The notes: generated from the letters alone by a model not told the origin. Counted from the stretch's first letter, positions 50,296-60,329 are shown. The stretch is 64,000 nt of DNA from Minisyncoccota bacterium (GCA_036405895.1 DASWWS010000001.1:71864-135863), one strand, 5' to 3'. A program made the numbers and translations.

Positions 50296-53200
50296 ATGGA
50301 AAAGAATCACGATATTAACAAATCTTTGGAACACACAGCGCCGGAAGTCGTGCCTGTTGTAGAGGGTGAGACAGTGGATGTAGAGCACGAGCTGGTAGAA
50401 GCACCACAAGAACAAGAACAAGAACCGCAAACGACAGAACAAGAATCAGAACAGGTGCAGCCAGAGCAAGCGGCAGAACCCGTACCGGAATCCGCAGTAA
50501 AGGAGACTAAGAGCCCCGAAGAATTGCAGAAAGAATTTGAAGCCCAAATCAAACAAATCGCTTTTGTAAACGTGGCCCAGCTTGCTGAAAACGAAGCGCG
50601 CGATGTTGCCGAAGAGCGCCTTACCGAGGAGCGCGAAAAGTCTACTGGCGTAAAAAATTTCTTTAAGCGCGTATGGAAGCACAACATTGCGCGAGAGTAT
50701 TACCGCCAAAGAGAAATCGCGGACGTGAAAGATGCGATTTATTCTCAGCAGAATATTTTTGCCGGGGAGGCCTTGGAAAAAAAGAGCCACCAGTCTGCAA
50801 TGGATGCAGTAACCGAGCGTTTTTTGAGCGAATACGATGGCGTGATTCGAGAAGATGCGGGTGAAAAAAAGGCTTTGCTTGAAGAAGAAAACCCGGAGGT
50901 GAAAACGCTGAAGGGTGAAATCACCGAAATGATTAAAGGATATGCCAATGGAAGCATTGATGATGCGACATTTGATGTTGAGCGCGACAGAATCCTTGAG
51001 AGTGTGGGTGCTGTGGGCAAAGAAACGGTGGGTGAAGGCCGATTGTATGCGGACAACCTCAAGCGCGTTGCCGAACAATTAAAGCATGCACTTAATCATG
51101 GCGTATCACTTGAGAATCTTGATATGAAATTTGATCTTAAGGTGGGGCGCGCCGTGTCAGGTGTTAAAACCGAAGCCAATACAAACAAGGTAGACAGGGC
51201 AATTGAGTGGATTAACAAAAAAACAAAAGGGGGAAGCAGTATTCTTATAAATGAAACCACTGTCGCAGCCGGTGTTTCTATTGCGACCGCTTTCGGCGCC
51301 GCTGCACTGAAAGGCGCTGCACGTACTACTGCGCAAGTCGGCGGATTTATGGGGGGAGCTGCGCTTGCCGGCACCATGAGCGCATTTAAGGAAAACAGCC
51401 GCCTTAAAAATGAGCGCGCGCAGCATGCCCGCGACCGCGCAAAAGGGCGTGTGATTGATGAAGATTCTCCGCGCCGGGAAAAGATGGAAGCGTTTCAATA
51501 CAAGACCAAGACAGCGCAAGAGCTTCGCAGCGGACTCCTTTCAACGCTCTATACCGACAATGACCCAAGCAAAGGTATTAGCGAAGAAATGAAGTCGCCG
51601 GAGAAATTCAAGGCTGCCCTTGCCGCACTTGCAGAAGTGGAGGGGCGCATCAGTGTTTCCAATAAAGCGCGCATTGACCTGATTTCTTTTTCTGATGCAA
51701 AGGCGGTTGAAGTTGAGCGAACGGCGCTTGAAATAGAGCATGCCCGCGCAAAGACGCTGCTTCGAAACTATTACGACAGCACTCCTGCAATCAACGAGTC
51801 AATTCGGGAAAAATTTGATTCACTGCTTGCCAAGGACGCCGGCGCATACGAAAAGTCTCTTTTTGATGGAGATCTCAGCGAAAAAGACAAGGCATTTCGT
51901 GCAATGAAGCAAAAAGCCGTGGGCCGCGCATTGGTCAAGGGTGCACTTTCAAGTGTTGTTGTGGGAGGTGTTGTGCAAGAAGGCATGGCATTTGCACAGA
52001 GCAACACGGAAGGATTTGTTGAAGGTTTAACAGTCGGAAATCCGACAGCAGAACATGCAACCCCCCTTGAATCTCTTCGAGTATGGATCTCGGGTAAGTT
52101 CGGCGAGAAGGCGGCAGATGCAGTGGAAGTTTCAAACCTCCATCTTAAAGAAGTGCAGTGGAGCAATCTCAGAGAACACCTTCGTTTTCCAGAAGGAACA
52201 GAACTTACTGAAAATGGGGACGGAAGCGTAACAATCACCCAAGGAGGCACAGTGCTTGCAGACCACATACCGTTTGAGTTTGGAGCCGACCATATTCCGA
52301 CAGCAGAAACGCTTGCATCGCTGAGTGCGCACAAGATTATTCCCGGAGATGTGACGGTTGATTCCATTACAGAAATGATAGAAGGAGCGCCGCTTTCTCC
52401 AAAAGAATATGTTGACCAAAACCTTGAAGATACGCAGGCTATCAAGCGAGACCTGTGGTATGACAACAATACAACAGCGCCTGTATTTGAGAAAAACGAA
52501 TTACAGGCCGACTGGGGCGGAGAAAATGCTACGGGTATTGATGAGAAAGGAAATTATGTATTCAGTACGGCCGAGATGTCCAAAGATGGCTCGACCCAGG
52601 GCGCATTTTCTGCTGATGCAAAAGCACTTGCGGAGAAAGGGGAACTGAAGATGCTTCTGTCGCTCTCCAAAGACACGCAAAACCAAGTGTTTGAAGTTCC
52701 TATCGATGCAAATGGTAATGCTGTTATCGACCCAAACAGCGAAGTGGGCAAGCTATTCTTTACGACAGTGGACGGCAAGGCCGTATTCAACGGAAAGTAT
52801 GCTGAAGTTGCCCAGATAATGAAGGGCGCCGAGGGGGAAGCGGAGCATGTTCGCGTGCTGAGCACTGTTGTTGGAAAAGGAATTGATACGCTGCCCGGAA
52901 TGAAAGAAAGTGTTGTTGAGGAAGCAACCCATGACTTTACCTTCGATACTGCGCCCGCTGACCTGCCGCGAGACACTGATTTGCCGCCGACAATTCCCTT
53001 GGTAGGGCGTATTCCGCTTGAGCCGATGAAAGGACCCGCAGAAGAAAAGAAAGAAGAAAAACCTCTTGTCGATATACCTTCAATGATTCCGACAGCAGAA
53101 CAACCACCAATCGCTCCTCCCGCTGTAACGGTAATGGATGTAGCTCCAGACGGAACATTGATGAAAGAAAATGTGCAAACAGGAGAAAGCGAACCTGTTG

Positions 53201-53790
53201 TTGCAAAGAATGGACAATGGAATGGAGAGGTGGAAGTCGATACTCCTGAACAAAAAAAGACTGAAGCAATTTCGCAAGCTGACTACGATGCCCTTCGAAA
53301 AGACCTTGATCTTATAAATGCAAAAATACAGGGGCACGATGGCATAATCACGGTGAACGAAAACGACTTTGCGTCGACCTTGGGGCGCCGCCGCTACCTT
53401 GATCTTAATCGGGTGCCTGACGGAAAACCGGTATCATTTAATAAAGAAGAATTGCGCGCAATAGGAGACTCTCTTGAGAAGACTCTTTCAGAAAGCCATA
53501 TCGACAGCACGCTCAAGCCCGGAGAAAAAGAGCGCATGCTCAGAGAAGGGATAGCGCTTGCAGAGTACAATATGCTTCGCGCGGACATGGAGAAAATCAA
53601 TAAAGAATATGCCCAAGGACGCAACATTCTCAGCATGAATCCAGATGAGTTCCAATCAGCATATGCAAAGCTTCGCCTCTTTGAACTCAAGCAAGAAGAG
53701 CGAGCTCGCCCCGCATTGTATCGAGGAGAGCTTCGTACTATCGGAGACGAGGTAGAAGACCTGCTCGTGCGAGGAACAATAAAAAATTAA
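50296..53790 (+). CDS. Large hypothetical protein (1164 aa) with an acidic N-terminus, internal Gly/Ala hydrophobic segments and a duplicated C-terminal domain
   Basis: Long ORF 5 nt after the upstream gene; no signal peptide; no recognised catalytic motif. Confidence 0.8.
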   Translation: MEKNHDINKSLEHTAPEVVPVVEGETVDVEHELVEAPQEQEQEPQTTEQESEQVQPEQAAEPVPESAVKETKSPEELQKEFEAQIKQIAFVNVAQLAENEARDVAEERLTEEREKSTGVKNFFKRVWKHNIAREYYRQREIADVKDAIYSQQNIFAGEALEKKSHQSAMDAVTERFLSEYDGVIREDAGEKKALLEEENPEVKTLKGEITEMIKGYANGSIDDATFDVERDRILESVGAVGKETVGEGRLYADNLKRVAEQLKHALNHGVSLENLDMKFDLKVGRAVSGVKTEANTNKVDRAIEWINKKTKGGSSILINETTVAAGVSIATAFGAAALKGAARTTAQVGGFMGGAALAGTMSAFKENSRLKNERAQHARDRAKGRVIDEDSPRREKMEAFQYKTKTAQELRSGLLSTLYTDNDPSKGISEEMKSPEKFKAALAALAEVEGRISVSNKARIDLISFSDAKAVEVERTALEIEHARAKTLLRNYYDSTPAINESIREKFDSLLAKDAGAYEKSLFDGDLSEKDKAFRAMKQKAVGRALVKGALSSVVVGGVVQEGMAFAQSNTEGFVEGLTVGNPTAEHATPLESLRVWISGKFGEKAADAVEVSNLHLKEVQWSNLREHLRFPEGTELTENGDGSVTITQGGTVLADHIPFEFGADHIPTAETLASLSAHKIIPGDVTVDSITEMIEGAPLSPKEYVDQNLEDTQAIKRDLWYDNNTTAPVFEKNELQADWGGENATGIDEKGNYVFSTAEMSKDGSTQGAFSADAKALAEKGELKMLLSLSKDTQNQVFEVPIDANGNAVIDPNSEVGKLFFTTVDGKAVFNGKYAEVAQIMKGAEGEAEHVRVLSTVVGKGIDTLPGMKESVVEEATHDFTFDTAPADLPRDTDLPPTIPLVGRIPLEPMKGPAEEKKEEKPLVDIPSMIPTAEQPPIAPPAVTVMDVAPDGTLMKENVQTGESEPVVAKNGQWNGEVEVDTPEQKKTEAISQADYDALRKDLDLINAKIQGHDGIITVNENDFASTLGRRRYLDLNRVPDGKPVSFNKEELRAIGDSLEKTLSESHIDSTLKPGEKERMLREGIALAEYNMLRADMEKINKEYAQGRNILSMNPDEFQSAYAKLRLFELKQEERARPALYRGELRTIGDEVEDLLVRGTIKN

Positions 53791-53795
53791 TGTAT

Positions 53796-53836
53796 AAAAA
53801 TAATTACACCGCAGGCTCTGTGGTGTAATTATTTTT
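53796..53836. terminator. Intrinsic terminator
   Basis: AAAAATAATTACACCGCAG-gct-CTGTGGTGTAATTATTTTT. Confidence 0.75.
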
Positions 53837-53875
53837 CCACTCCGTTGAGCATGGTGCATGTTATATAATAGAAAG

Positions 53876-56800
53876 ATGATGAAGTACACCACACCACTGT
53901 TCTTGATAGCATTTTTATTTCTTATCAGTCCGTTTTCTGCGCATGCTGCATTTAGTGATACGCCTCAAGCTCGTTATGTAGGCACTACAGCGGGGTCATA
54001 TTATACGATGGCGCAAAATGCGGATACGATTTATGTCGGGGGCGAGTTTCCCGATATTGCTGTTACCAATAGCGTGCTCTCGCTCAATCTTGCAAATCAA
54101 ACAATAGCTGACAGAGAACTTCCGCTTGTCGTCGCAGCATCAGAAGGAATTATGGCAACTGCAGTTGATGCAGACGGCAATATATATCTTGCGGGGGACC
54201 CAATTGAAGTTGACGGAGTTGATAGAGGAAGGGTTGTTCGCATTCTTGCGAATGGAACGCTTGATGAGTCCTTTTCCATAGAAACAACCCAAGGAATTCG
54301 CGCACTGGCACTTTCAGGGGATACTCTGTATGCCGGAGGTGATGGGGAGCTGATTGCCATTGATTTGGACACCGCTGAGCAGGATGTTGTAGGAACGGAT
54401 ATGCTCGGAATCCTTTCTCTTGCAGTTTCAGGAAATATTCTGTATGTCGGAGGGCAGTTTTCCGATGCTGATGCTGACTCGGGGAATCCGGAAGTCTATA
54501 AATATCTCGCCGCATTTGATATGAGTGTTCCGGGCGGCGCACTGGTAACAGCTTTCAATCCTATTATTGACGGAGGAGCAGTGCGTGCTCTTGTTGTGTC
54601 TGGAGGCACGGTGTATGCAGGAGGATCGTTTACAGAAGTGGATGGCGACACTGCGCACAATGCAGTAGTTGCGCTGAGTACGACCGACGGAAGCATTGTT
54701 GAAAGTTTTGCCGCATCAGTGGATACAGGCGGGGTAGTGCTCGACCTCCTTCTTGAAGGCACAACACTCTATGTTGCAGGAAATTTCAACGGCATAAATA
54801 GCGAAGCTCGATTAGGTGTTGCAGCAGTGTCTACCATAGATGGCTCCGTTATTACTGCATTTGATGCAGATCTTACGGGGACTGCTCGCTCTGTAGTGTT
54901 GCATAACAGCACTCTTTACATGGGGGGAGAATTTATGGCTCTCAACGGGGACATGAACCATAATTATTTTGGAGCATTTGATGCTGCAACAGGAGAAATG
55001 CAAGCACTGAAAGCTTCTGTAGGGGCAAATGTAAATTCACTTTTTCTTTTGGGAGAGAGGTTGTATATAGCGGGAGAGTTCACCTCTACATCATTTTTTA
55101 GAAATGGGATTGCTGCTTTTGAAAAAGAATCAGGAGCCTTGACCTTCTTTGACCCTGGAATTGAAACATCTGCACCTGTCTATGCATTAATGCTTGATGG
55201 CACCACGCTGTATGCGGGTGGAGGGTTTTCGGGTATGGGCCCGGACGCTGAGCACAACTTTCTTGCAGCATTCGACAGTACGACAGGTGCTCTGATAGAG
55301 AGCTTCAAGCCTATTATTGAAAATACTGTCTGGAGTATTGCACTCGACGGCACCACAATCTATGCCGGAGGAGAGTTTACTGCAGTAGGAGGCAATGCGG
55401 CACACAATCGTCTTGCGGCATTCAATACTGCAGATGGCAGCTTAGTGGGGACACTTGCTCCGGACTTGGATTTTGAGGTGTGGACACTGTTTGTTGATGG
55501 TCAAAATGACCGACTCTATGTTGGGGGTGTATTTACTGATGTCGACGGAGATCCAGATTTGGATTATCTGGTGGCGTTTGACACAGTTACGGGAGCCCTT
55601 ATTCCAAGCTTTAATCCGATTGTTAATGGTGACGTCTATTCATTTGCACTTGACGGCACTACGCTTTATGTAGGAGGAACCTTTACTGCGGTAGGAGGCA
55701 ATGCGGCACACAATCGTCTTGCGGCATTCAGCACTGCTGACGGATCAGTAATTGGGTCCTTTGTTCCTAATCTTGAAACAAGCAATCCAAACTCTCTCGT
55801 GCTCGACGGTGACACGCTCTATGCGGCAGGGTATTTTACAGCAGTCAATGGCGACAGCGACTACGCGTATCTTGCAGCGCTTGATACTACAGACGGCTCT
55901 CTTGTGTCTGGCTTCAATCCTGTAATGAATGCTGACGTGTTGGCAATCCAAAGTGATGACGATGCATTATATGCGGCCGGATCCTTTAGTTCTGTAGGAG
56001 GAGAGGATCATAGTCATATTGCAGCCTTTCCTTTCGCTGTTCTTACCCCAACCGTTACTACCCAAGCCGCTTCTTCTATCACCCAAACCACTGCGACTCT
56101 CAACGGCACAATCGCCGATACAGGAGGTGAGAATGCAACTGCTCGCGGATTCAATTACGGTCTTACAACAGGGTATGGATCTACAGCGTCTACGAGCGGT
56201 TCATACTCAGCCGGCGCCTATACTGCAAGTATTACAGGCCTTACCTGCGGCACCCTTTATAACTTCCGCGCATTTGCGACCAATTCTGAAGATACTGGCA
56301 CTGGAGCAAACCAAACATTCACCACAAGTGCCTGTGACGGAGGGTCGGATGCCCCCACTGTAACAACAGAGGACACTTCTTCTCTCAACAGAACCACTGC
56401 TACAGTAAACGGAACCATTACTGCAACAGGAGGAGAAACTGTGACTGCTCGCGGATTCAATTATGGAATTACGACAAGTTACGGCAGCACCGTTTCTGAA
56501 ACGGGTACGTACTCAACCGGCGCATTTTCAGCACAGATTGAGGGTCTTGAGTGTGAGACTGAGTATCACTATCGTGCATTTGCAACCAATACTGAGGGTA
56601 CCAGCTATGGATCCGATGAGGTATTCACGACTTCAGACTGTACACGAAGCGGAGGAGGATCATCCTCAAGCGGGCCGCGCAATGATGCGTCTGCTCCCGC
56701 TGAAACTCCCACCCCTTCAACCGACACAACAGCGTGCCGCCCTGGAGACAATTTTAGCGCCGCAACGGGAGCGAGATGTTCTGGAACGGCAACGCCACCA

Positions 56801-57133
56801 GGCACCACCACTCCTCCCGGTACAACACCGGGCACCCCAGCTACTCCGGGAACCACAACCCCTGTCCCTCCTGCAACAAAATCAGCAGTGACGCTTGCTC
56901 CAACGCTTTCACTCAACAAAGACGATGTTGCGGTTAAATCCCTCCAACAGATTCTTAATGCTCTTGGCTACACCGTCTCAACAGAGGGAGCGGGTGCACC
57001 AGGAAAAGAAACCACCACCTTTGGGCCTAAAACAAAGGCTGCGCTTATTAAGTTCCAAGCAGCAAACGCTCTTGTTGCAGACGGAATCTTTGGACCGAAG
57101 ACGAAGGCTTCACTCTTGTTGCTTGTGCAATAA
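53876..57133 (+). CDS. Surface protein with beta-propeller repeats, two FN3-like domains, a PT linker and a peptidoglycan-binding domain
   Basis: Signal peptide; many L.G.TLY.GG.F repeats; PTVTT...TATLNG twice; VKSLQQILN...FGPKTKAALIKFQ...DGIFGPKT. Confidence 0.85.
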   Translation: MMKYTTPLFLIAFLFLISPFSAHAAFSDTPQARYVGTTAGSYYTMAQNADTIYVGGEFPDIAVTNSVLSLNLANQTIADRELPLVVAASEGIMATAVDADGNIYLAGDPIEVDGVDRGRVVRILANGTLDESFSIETTQGIRALALSGDTLYAGGDGELIAIDLDTAEQDVVGTDMLGILSLAVSGNILYVGGQFSDADADSGNPEVYKYLAAFDMSVPGGALVTAFNPIIDGGAVRALVVSGGTVYAGGSFTEVDGDTAHNAVVALSTTDGSIVESFAASVDTGGVVLDLLLEGTTLYVAGNFNGINSEARLGVAAVSTIDGSVITAFDADLTGTARSVVLHNSTLYMGGEFMALNGDMNHNYFGAFDAATGEMQALKASVGANVNSLFLLGERLYIAGEFTSTSFFRNGIAAFEKESGALTFFDPGIETSAPVYALMLDGTTLYAGGGFSGMGPDAEHNFLAAFDSTTGALIESFKPIIENTVWSIALDGTTIYAGGEFTAVGGNAAHNRLAAFNTADGSLVGTLAPDLDFEVWTLFVDGQNDRLYVGGVFTDVDGDPDLDYLVAFDTVTGALIPSFNPIVNGDVYSFALDGTTLYVGGTFTAVGGNAAHNRLAAFSTADGSVIGSFVPNLETSNPNSLVLDGDTLYAAGYFTAVNGDSDYAYLAALDTTDGSLVSGFNPVMNADVLAIQSDDDALYAAGSFSSVGGEDHSHIAAFPFAVLTPTVTTQAASSITQTTATLNGTIADTGGENATARGFNYGLTTGYGSTASTSGSYSAGAYTASITGLTCGTLYNFRAFATNSEDTGTGANQTFTTSACDGGSDAPTVTTEDTSSLNRTTATVNGTITATGGETVTARGFNYGITTSYGSTVSETGTYSTGAFSAQIEGLECETEYHYRAFATNTEGTSYGSDEVFTTSDCTRSGGGSSSSGPRNDASAPAETPTPSTDTTACRPGDNFSAATGARCSGTATPPGTTTPPGTTPGTPATPGTTTPVPPATKSAVTLAPTLSLNKDDVAVKSLQQILNALGYTVSTEGAGAPGKETTTFGPKTKAALIKFQAANALVADGIFGPKTKASLLLLVQ

Positions 57134-57135
57134 AT

Positions 57136-57172
57136 AAAAAAACTCCGGACATCGAATGTCCGGAGTTTTTTT
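57136..57172. terminator. Bidirectional intrinsic terminator
   Basis: A7-CTCCGGACAT-cga-ATGTCCGGAG-T7. Confidence 0.8.
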
Positions 57173-57185
57173 ATTACGCGCTGTA

Positions 57186-57320
57186 TTATGCAGCTGCTTC
57201 TTCAGAAGGAGTTTCCTCTGCAGGAGCTTCTTCTGAAGTGCCTTCAGTAGCTTCTTGTGCAGCGAGGGCAGCCTTTTCTTCTTCAGTGAGTTCTACGTTT
57301 GTTGTTTCGTCTGGATTCAT
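57186..57320 (-). CDS. Acidic 44-aa microprotein (below the ORF-track cutoff)
   Basis: MNPDETTNVELTEEEKAALAAQEATEGTSEEAPAEETPSEEAAA; strong GAA/GCT codon bias; TGCTATGAT upstream; terminator downstream. Confidence 0.7.
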   Translation of the reverse strand: MNPDETTNVELTEEEKAALAAQEATEGTSEEAPAEETPSEEAAA

Positions 57321-57386
57321 AGTATATATCTGTTTAACTGGTATCTATTCATCATAGCATATGTGTTGTGTAATAGATAGGTGCAA

Positions 57387-57416
57387 GTAAAAAGCCTCCG
57401 AAAGGAGGCTTTTTAC
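57387..57416. terminator. Intrinsic terminator
   Basis: GTAAAAAGCCTCC-gaaa-GGAGGCTTTTTAC. Confidence 0.75.
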
Positions 57417-57641
57417 AGAAGGTGGCACCGAGAAAACTTTCATAGCGGTTGAGCGCTCATTCGTATATGGATTGCATATACGATGAAGTGTATACAATCC
57501 AAACCCCTGAGGCCTCCAAAGATGTGAGTAACAAAAAGGTAAAACCTTATAGATACAATAGCACTGAGTCTGGGGAATAGATAGTATCGCGGGCGGGAAT
57601 GTGTGTTGTAACACTATCCTCTGTTATTCGTCTTAATAATC

Positions 57642-58127
57642 ATGAATACATCACACACCATAAAGCTCAGCATTGCCGCAATAGCGCTTCTCGTGACGGC
57701 AATTCTTATTTATTCGTTTACTGCAACACCTCAAAACCCTCCCCGCGAAGCAGTAGTGAAAAATACCTCAGAAGAATCAATTGAGGGGTGCTATGTACTG
57801 CGAAGAGACAAGGATGTGTATACCCTGAAAATCGATTCACACGACGAAGGAAAGGTTGCGGGAACGCTTGCGTATAAAAACTTCCAAAAGGACAGCTCGT
57901 CCGGAAGTTTTGAGGGAACCTATGAGGGAGAGACACTGCGCGGATACTATTCTTTTACTTCTGAAGGGACGGATTCAGTGCGTGAAGTGATATTCAAGAA
58001 AACGGACAACAGCTTTATTCAAGGCTTCGGCCCAGCCCAAACCATAGAAGGGAAGGAAGTGTTTGTTGACCCCACCGACATCACCTATGAGGGAACACTT
58101 ATCTTTGTTTCCGAACCATGTTCGTAA
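57642..58127 (+). CDS. Hypothetical membrane-anchored beta-rich protein
   Basis: N-terminal TM; GCY...KDSSSG.F.G...F.SEG..SVREV.F. Confidence 0.75.
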   Translation: MNTSHTIKLSIAAIALLVTAILIYSFTATPQNPPREAVVKNTSEESIEGCYVLRRDKDVYTLKIDSHDEGKVAGTLAYKNFQKDSSSGSFEGTYEGETLRGYYSFTSEGTDSVREVIFKKTDNSFIQGFGPAQTIEGKEVFVDPTDITYEGTLIFVSEPCS

Positions 58128-58175
58128 AGTTGTTGATACAAAAAAAGCGCCCAAGGGCGCTTTTTTCTTTTGCAT

Positions 58176-58574
58176 TTAGCTTCGATTGTTCAACAGTTGC
58201 TGGTATGCAGAGCGGTTTTGCCAGAGGAAGTACAGATTGAGTGCAAAAAGCACATTTCCCATTATCGCACCCGCAGTCAAAAGTCCGCCATCGAGGAATA
58301 GGTGGAAAGCTATGATGTTGATCGTGACCGGCAAGAGAAGGAGGGCTGCAAGCGCCATCCGCTTCATGATGATAAGGACAAGTGCAATCGCAAAGACAAG
58401 TGCGATCATTGCCGTGAGGTATCCGGTGGCAGAGAGCGCTTCAATAAATGCAAATGCCTCAGGGGTGTTGTACATTTCCGCAGTAGGAGCTGGGAAAAAT
58501 CCAAGCGCTCCAGCGATAGGGCTTACCAACAAAAAGCACAAAAGAACTTTTAAAATGATATTAATTATTTTCAT
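58176..58574 (-). CDS. DoxX-like membrane protein
   Basis: AL.ATGYL, LLLLPVTINIIAFH; four TM segments. Confidence 0.7.
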   Translation of the reverse strand: MKIINIILKVLLCFLLVSPIAGALGFFPAPTAEMYNTPEAFAFIEALSATGYLTAMIALVFAIALVLIIMKRMALAALLLLPVTINIIAFHLFLDGGLLTAGAIMGNVLFALNLYFLWQNRSAYQQLLNNRS

Positions 58575-58678
58575 AAAGGTATTATTGCACAAATGAACCA
58601 CCAAGATATAGCGGTGTTGATTGACAAAGGGGGTGAGTAGGGTAGAGTGAAAAAAACCTTACCTTAAATAACAATATC

Positions 58679-59485
58679 ATGGAAGATAAAACAAAGACTG
58701 TAATGGCCCTGGGAAAGGCGCTTTTTCAGAGTATGAAATACCTCTCCAGTGACCAGCTTATGTATTGGGGGCGCAATGATGTAGCACTCTACAGAACACT
58801 CAGTGGAGCAACCGAACAAGAAGCAAAGCCACTATTTTTCGGACCCTGCATGAATTTGCATTCCCAAGACGGAACAAGTACGGTGGCGGGGAAATTTGCA
58901 GAAACATTTTTTCGCGTTGTGCAGGTATTGCCTGACAGGCATATTGCGCATTGGGCGAAGAACGAACAAAAGCTTAAAAAAATTCTTTCAACAAAAGCGC
59001 TTCCTGTTATAGGTGACATTCTTGATACCGTTTCGATTGGGGCGCAAGAAGCAAACACACTTCGGCATGTTTTATTGAAAAAGCCCTTTAGGACAAATAA
59101 TTTGTCTGTGGATATTCAGTCAAAATTGCCTGACATGGTTATGCGCACGCCTGCGCGCACCGCACTGTGCGCTCCGATCAATTGCTATCTTTCCTCAGAA
59201 GAAGCCATCAATCAGTTGGAGCAGTTGGTATCACTTGAACACAACGGACTGAGCGTTCAGCAAATACGCGTGCTTGCTCAAAAACAGAACCAAAAAGGCA
59301 AACAAGGATTACTGTCTCATGATGGGTATAATCATTTTTTGATGAGGTGTACAGACCACGCATTATTGTTTATGACCCTGCTGTGGCGCAGGTATGAGCG
59401 TGCACATAGCACTTCCGCAGCAGGGTCATGGGACTATTTTATCCATGATGATCTCAAACCCGGACGCTTGTTCATTTTGGAATAG
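58679..59485 (+). CDS. Hypothetical protein
   Basis: 268-aa ORF with its own TTGACA-16-TAGAGT promoter. Confidence 0.6.
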   Translation: MEDKTKTVMALGKALFQSMKYLSSDQLMYWGRNDVALYRTLSGATEQEAKPLFFGPCMNLHSQDGTSTVAGKFAETFFRVVQVLPDRHIAHWAKNEQKLKKILSTKALPVIGDILDTVSIGAQEANTLRHVLLKKPFRTNNLSVDIQSKLPDMVMRTPARTALCAPINCYLSSEEAINQLEQLVSLEHNGLSVQQIRVLAQKQNQKGKQGLLSHDGYNHFLMRCTDHALLFMTLLWRRYERAHSTSAAGSWDYFIHDDLKPGRLFILE

Positions 59486-59526
59486 CGTACTGTAAAACAC
59501 GACCGTGAGGCCGTGTTTTTTTATTT

Positions 59527-59733
59527 TTATATACTCTTATATTCGAGGATATCTCCGGGCTGACAGTCGAGTGCTTTGCAAATCGCCTCAAGTGTTGAAA
59601 GCCGTATTGCTTTTGCCTTTCCGTTTTTAAGAATAGAGAGGTTGGACATCGTAATGCCGACACGTTCGGAGAGTTCGGTCACGCTCATTTTTCGCTTTGC
59701 GAGCATGACGTCTATGTTTATGATGATTCCCAT
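59527..59733 (-). CDS. Cro/C1-type HTH regulator (YozG-like)
   Basis: IIINIDVMLAKRKMSVTELSERVGITMSNLSILKNGKAKAIR...CQPGDILEY. Confidence 0.92.
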   Translation of the reverse strand: MGIIINIDVMLAKRKMSVTELSERVGITMSNLSILKNGKAKAIRLSTLEAICKALDCQPGDILEYKSI

Positions 59734-59737
59734 ACAA

Positions 59738-60235
59738 TTAAACAACTAAATCGTTCTCAGCTTTTATATCGATCGCATTTTGCAGGAGTTTTCGAAGCAC
59801 TGCTGCAAATGCCGCAACCACAAGGGGAGCGCACACAATGACCATGCCCATAATGATAAGCCCTGGAGCATCGTCCTTTTGCGCAATCATAAACATCACC
59901 GGCATTCCCGCTGCAAATGCCGCACTGATTGCAACCGCACAGTAGGTGATGTATTTGAGCGCTTTGATCGACTGTGCTGAAAAGGCATTGTTCTGATCGA
60001 TGTAATTGAGGAGCCTGAAGGCTTCGGCCACCGCAACAAAAAAGACTGCCACTGTCAGGTACGCTCCGAGCATAATAGGGTACTGCAAAGAAGGAAGTTC
60101 AATAAATTCCGAAACATCCCACGCTATGGAAGGAACGCCAAAAACGCACAGAGCAAGTACTATAGCGATGATAACAATGAGGGCGGCGCGCAGGAACCAC
60201 GTTGAACCTTTTTTAAATACTATTTCTTTATTCAT
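59738..60235 (-). CDS. DUF2975 membrane protein
   Basis: LLNYID.N.AFS..S.KAL..I, DDAPG, AIDIKAENDLVV; usual partner of the YozG-like HTH. Confidence 0.88.
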   Translation of the reverse strand: MNKEIVFKKGSTWFLRAALIVIIAIVLALCVFGVPSIAWDVSEFIELPSLQYPIMLGAYLTVAVFFVAVAEAFRLLNYIDQNNAFSAQSIKALKYITYCAVAISAAFAAGMPVMFMIAQKDDAPGLIIMGMVIVCAPLVVAAFAAVLRKLLQNAIDIKAENDLVV

Positions 60236-60256
60236 ACAGCGATTCTAGCACTTTAT

Positions 60257-60295
60257 TTATCGTTTTACAATAAATAAGTATCGTTTAATTAATAA
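60257..60295. promoter_or_regulatory. Two imperfect palindromic operators for the DUF2975-HTH operon
   Basis: TTATCGTTTTACAATAA (60257-60273) and TATCGTTTAATTAATAA, just upstream of the -10 (TAGAAT). Confidence 0.55.
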
Positions 60296-60329
60296 AGAGC
60301 CCGTAGAGGCTCTTTATAGAGTGCGAGTA

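Noticed and set aside
57422-57432. GTGGCACCGAG matching the SpCas9 tracrRNA 3' hairpin
   Set aside because: It is an 11-nt match without the complementary arm, an anti-repeat or a Cas gene, so it is likely chance.
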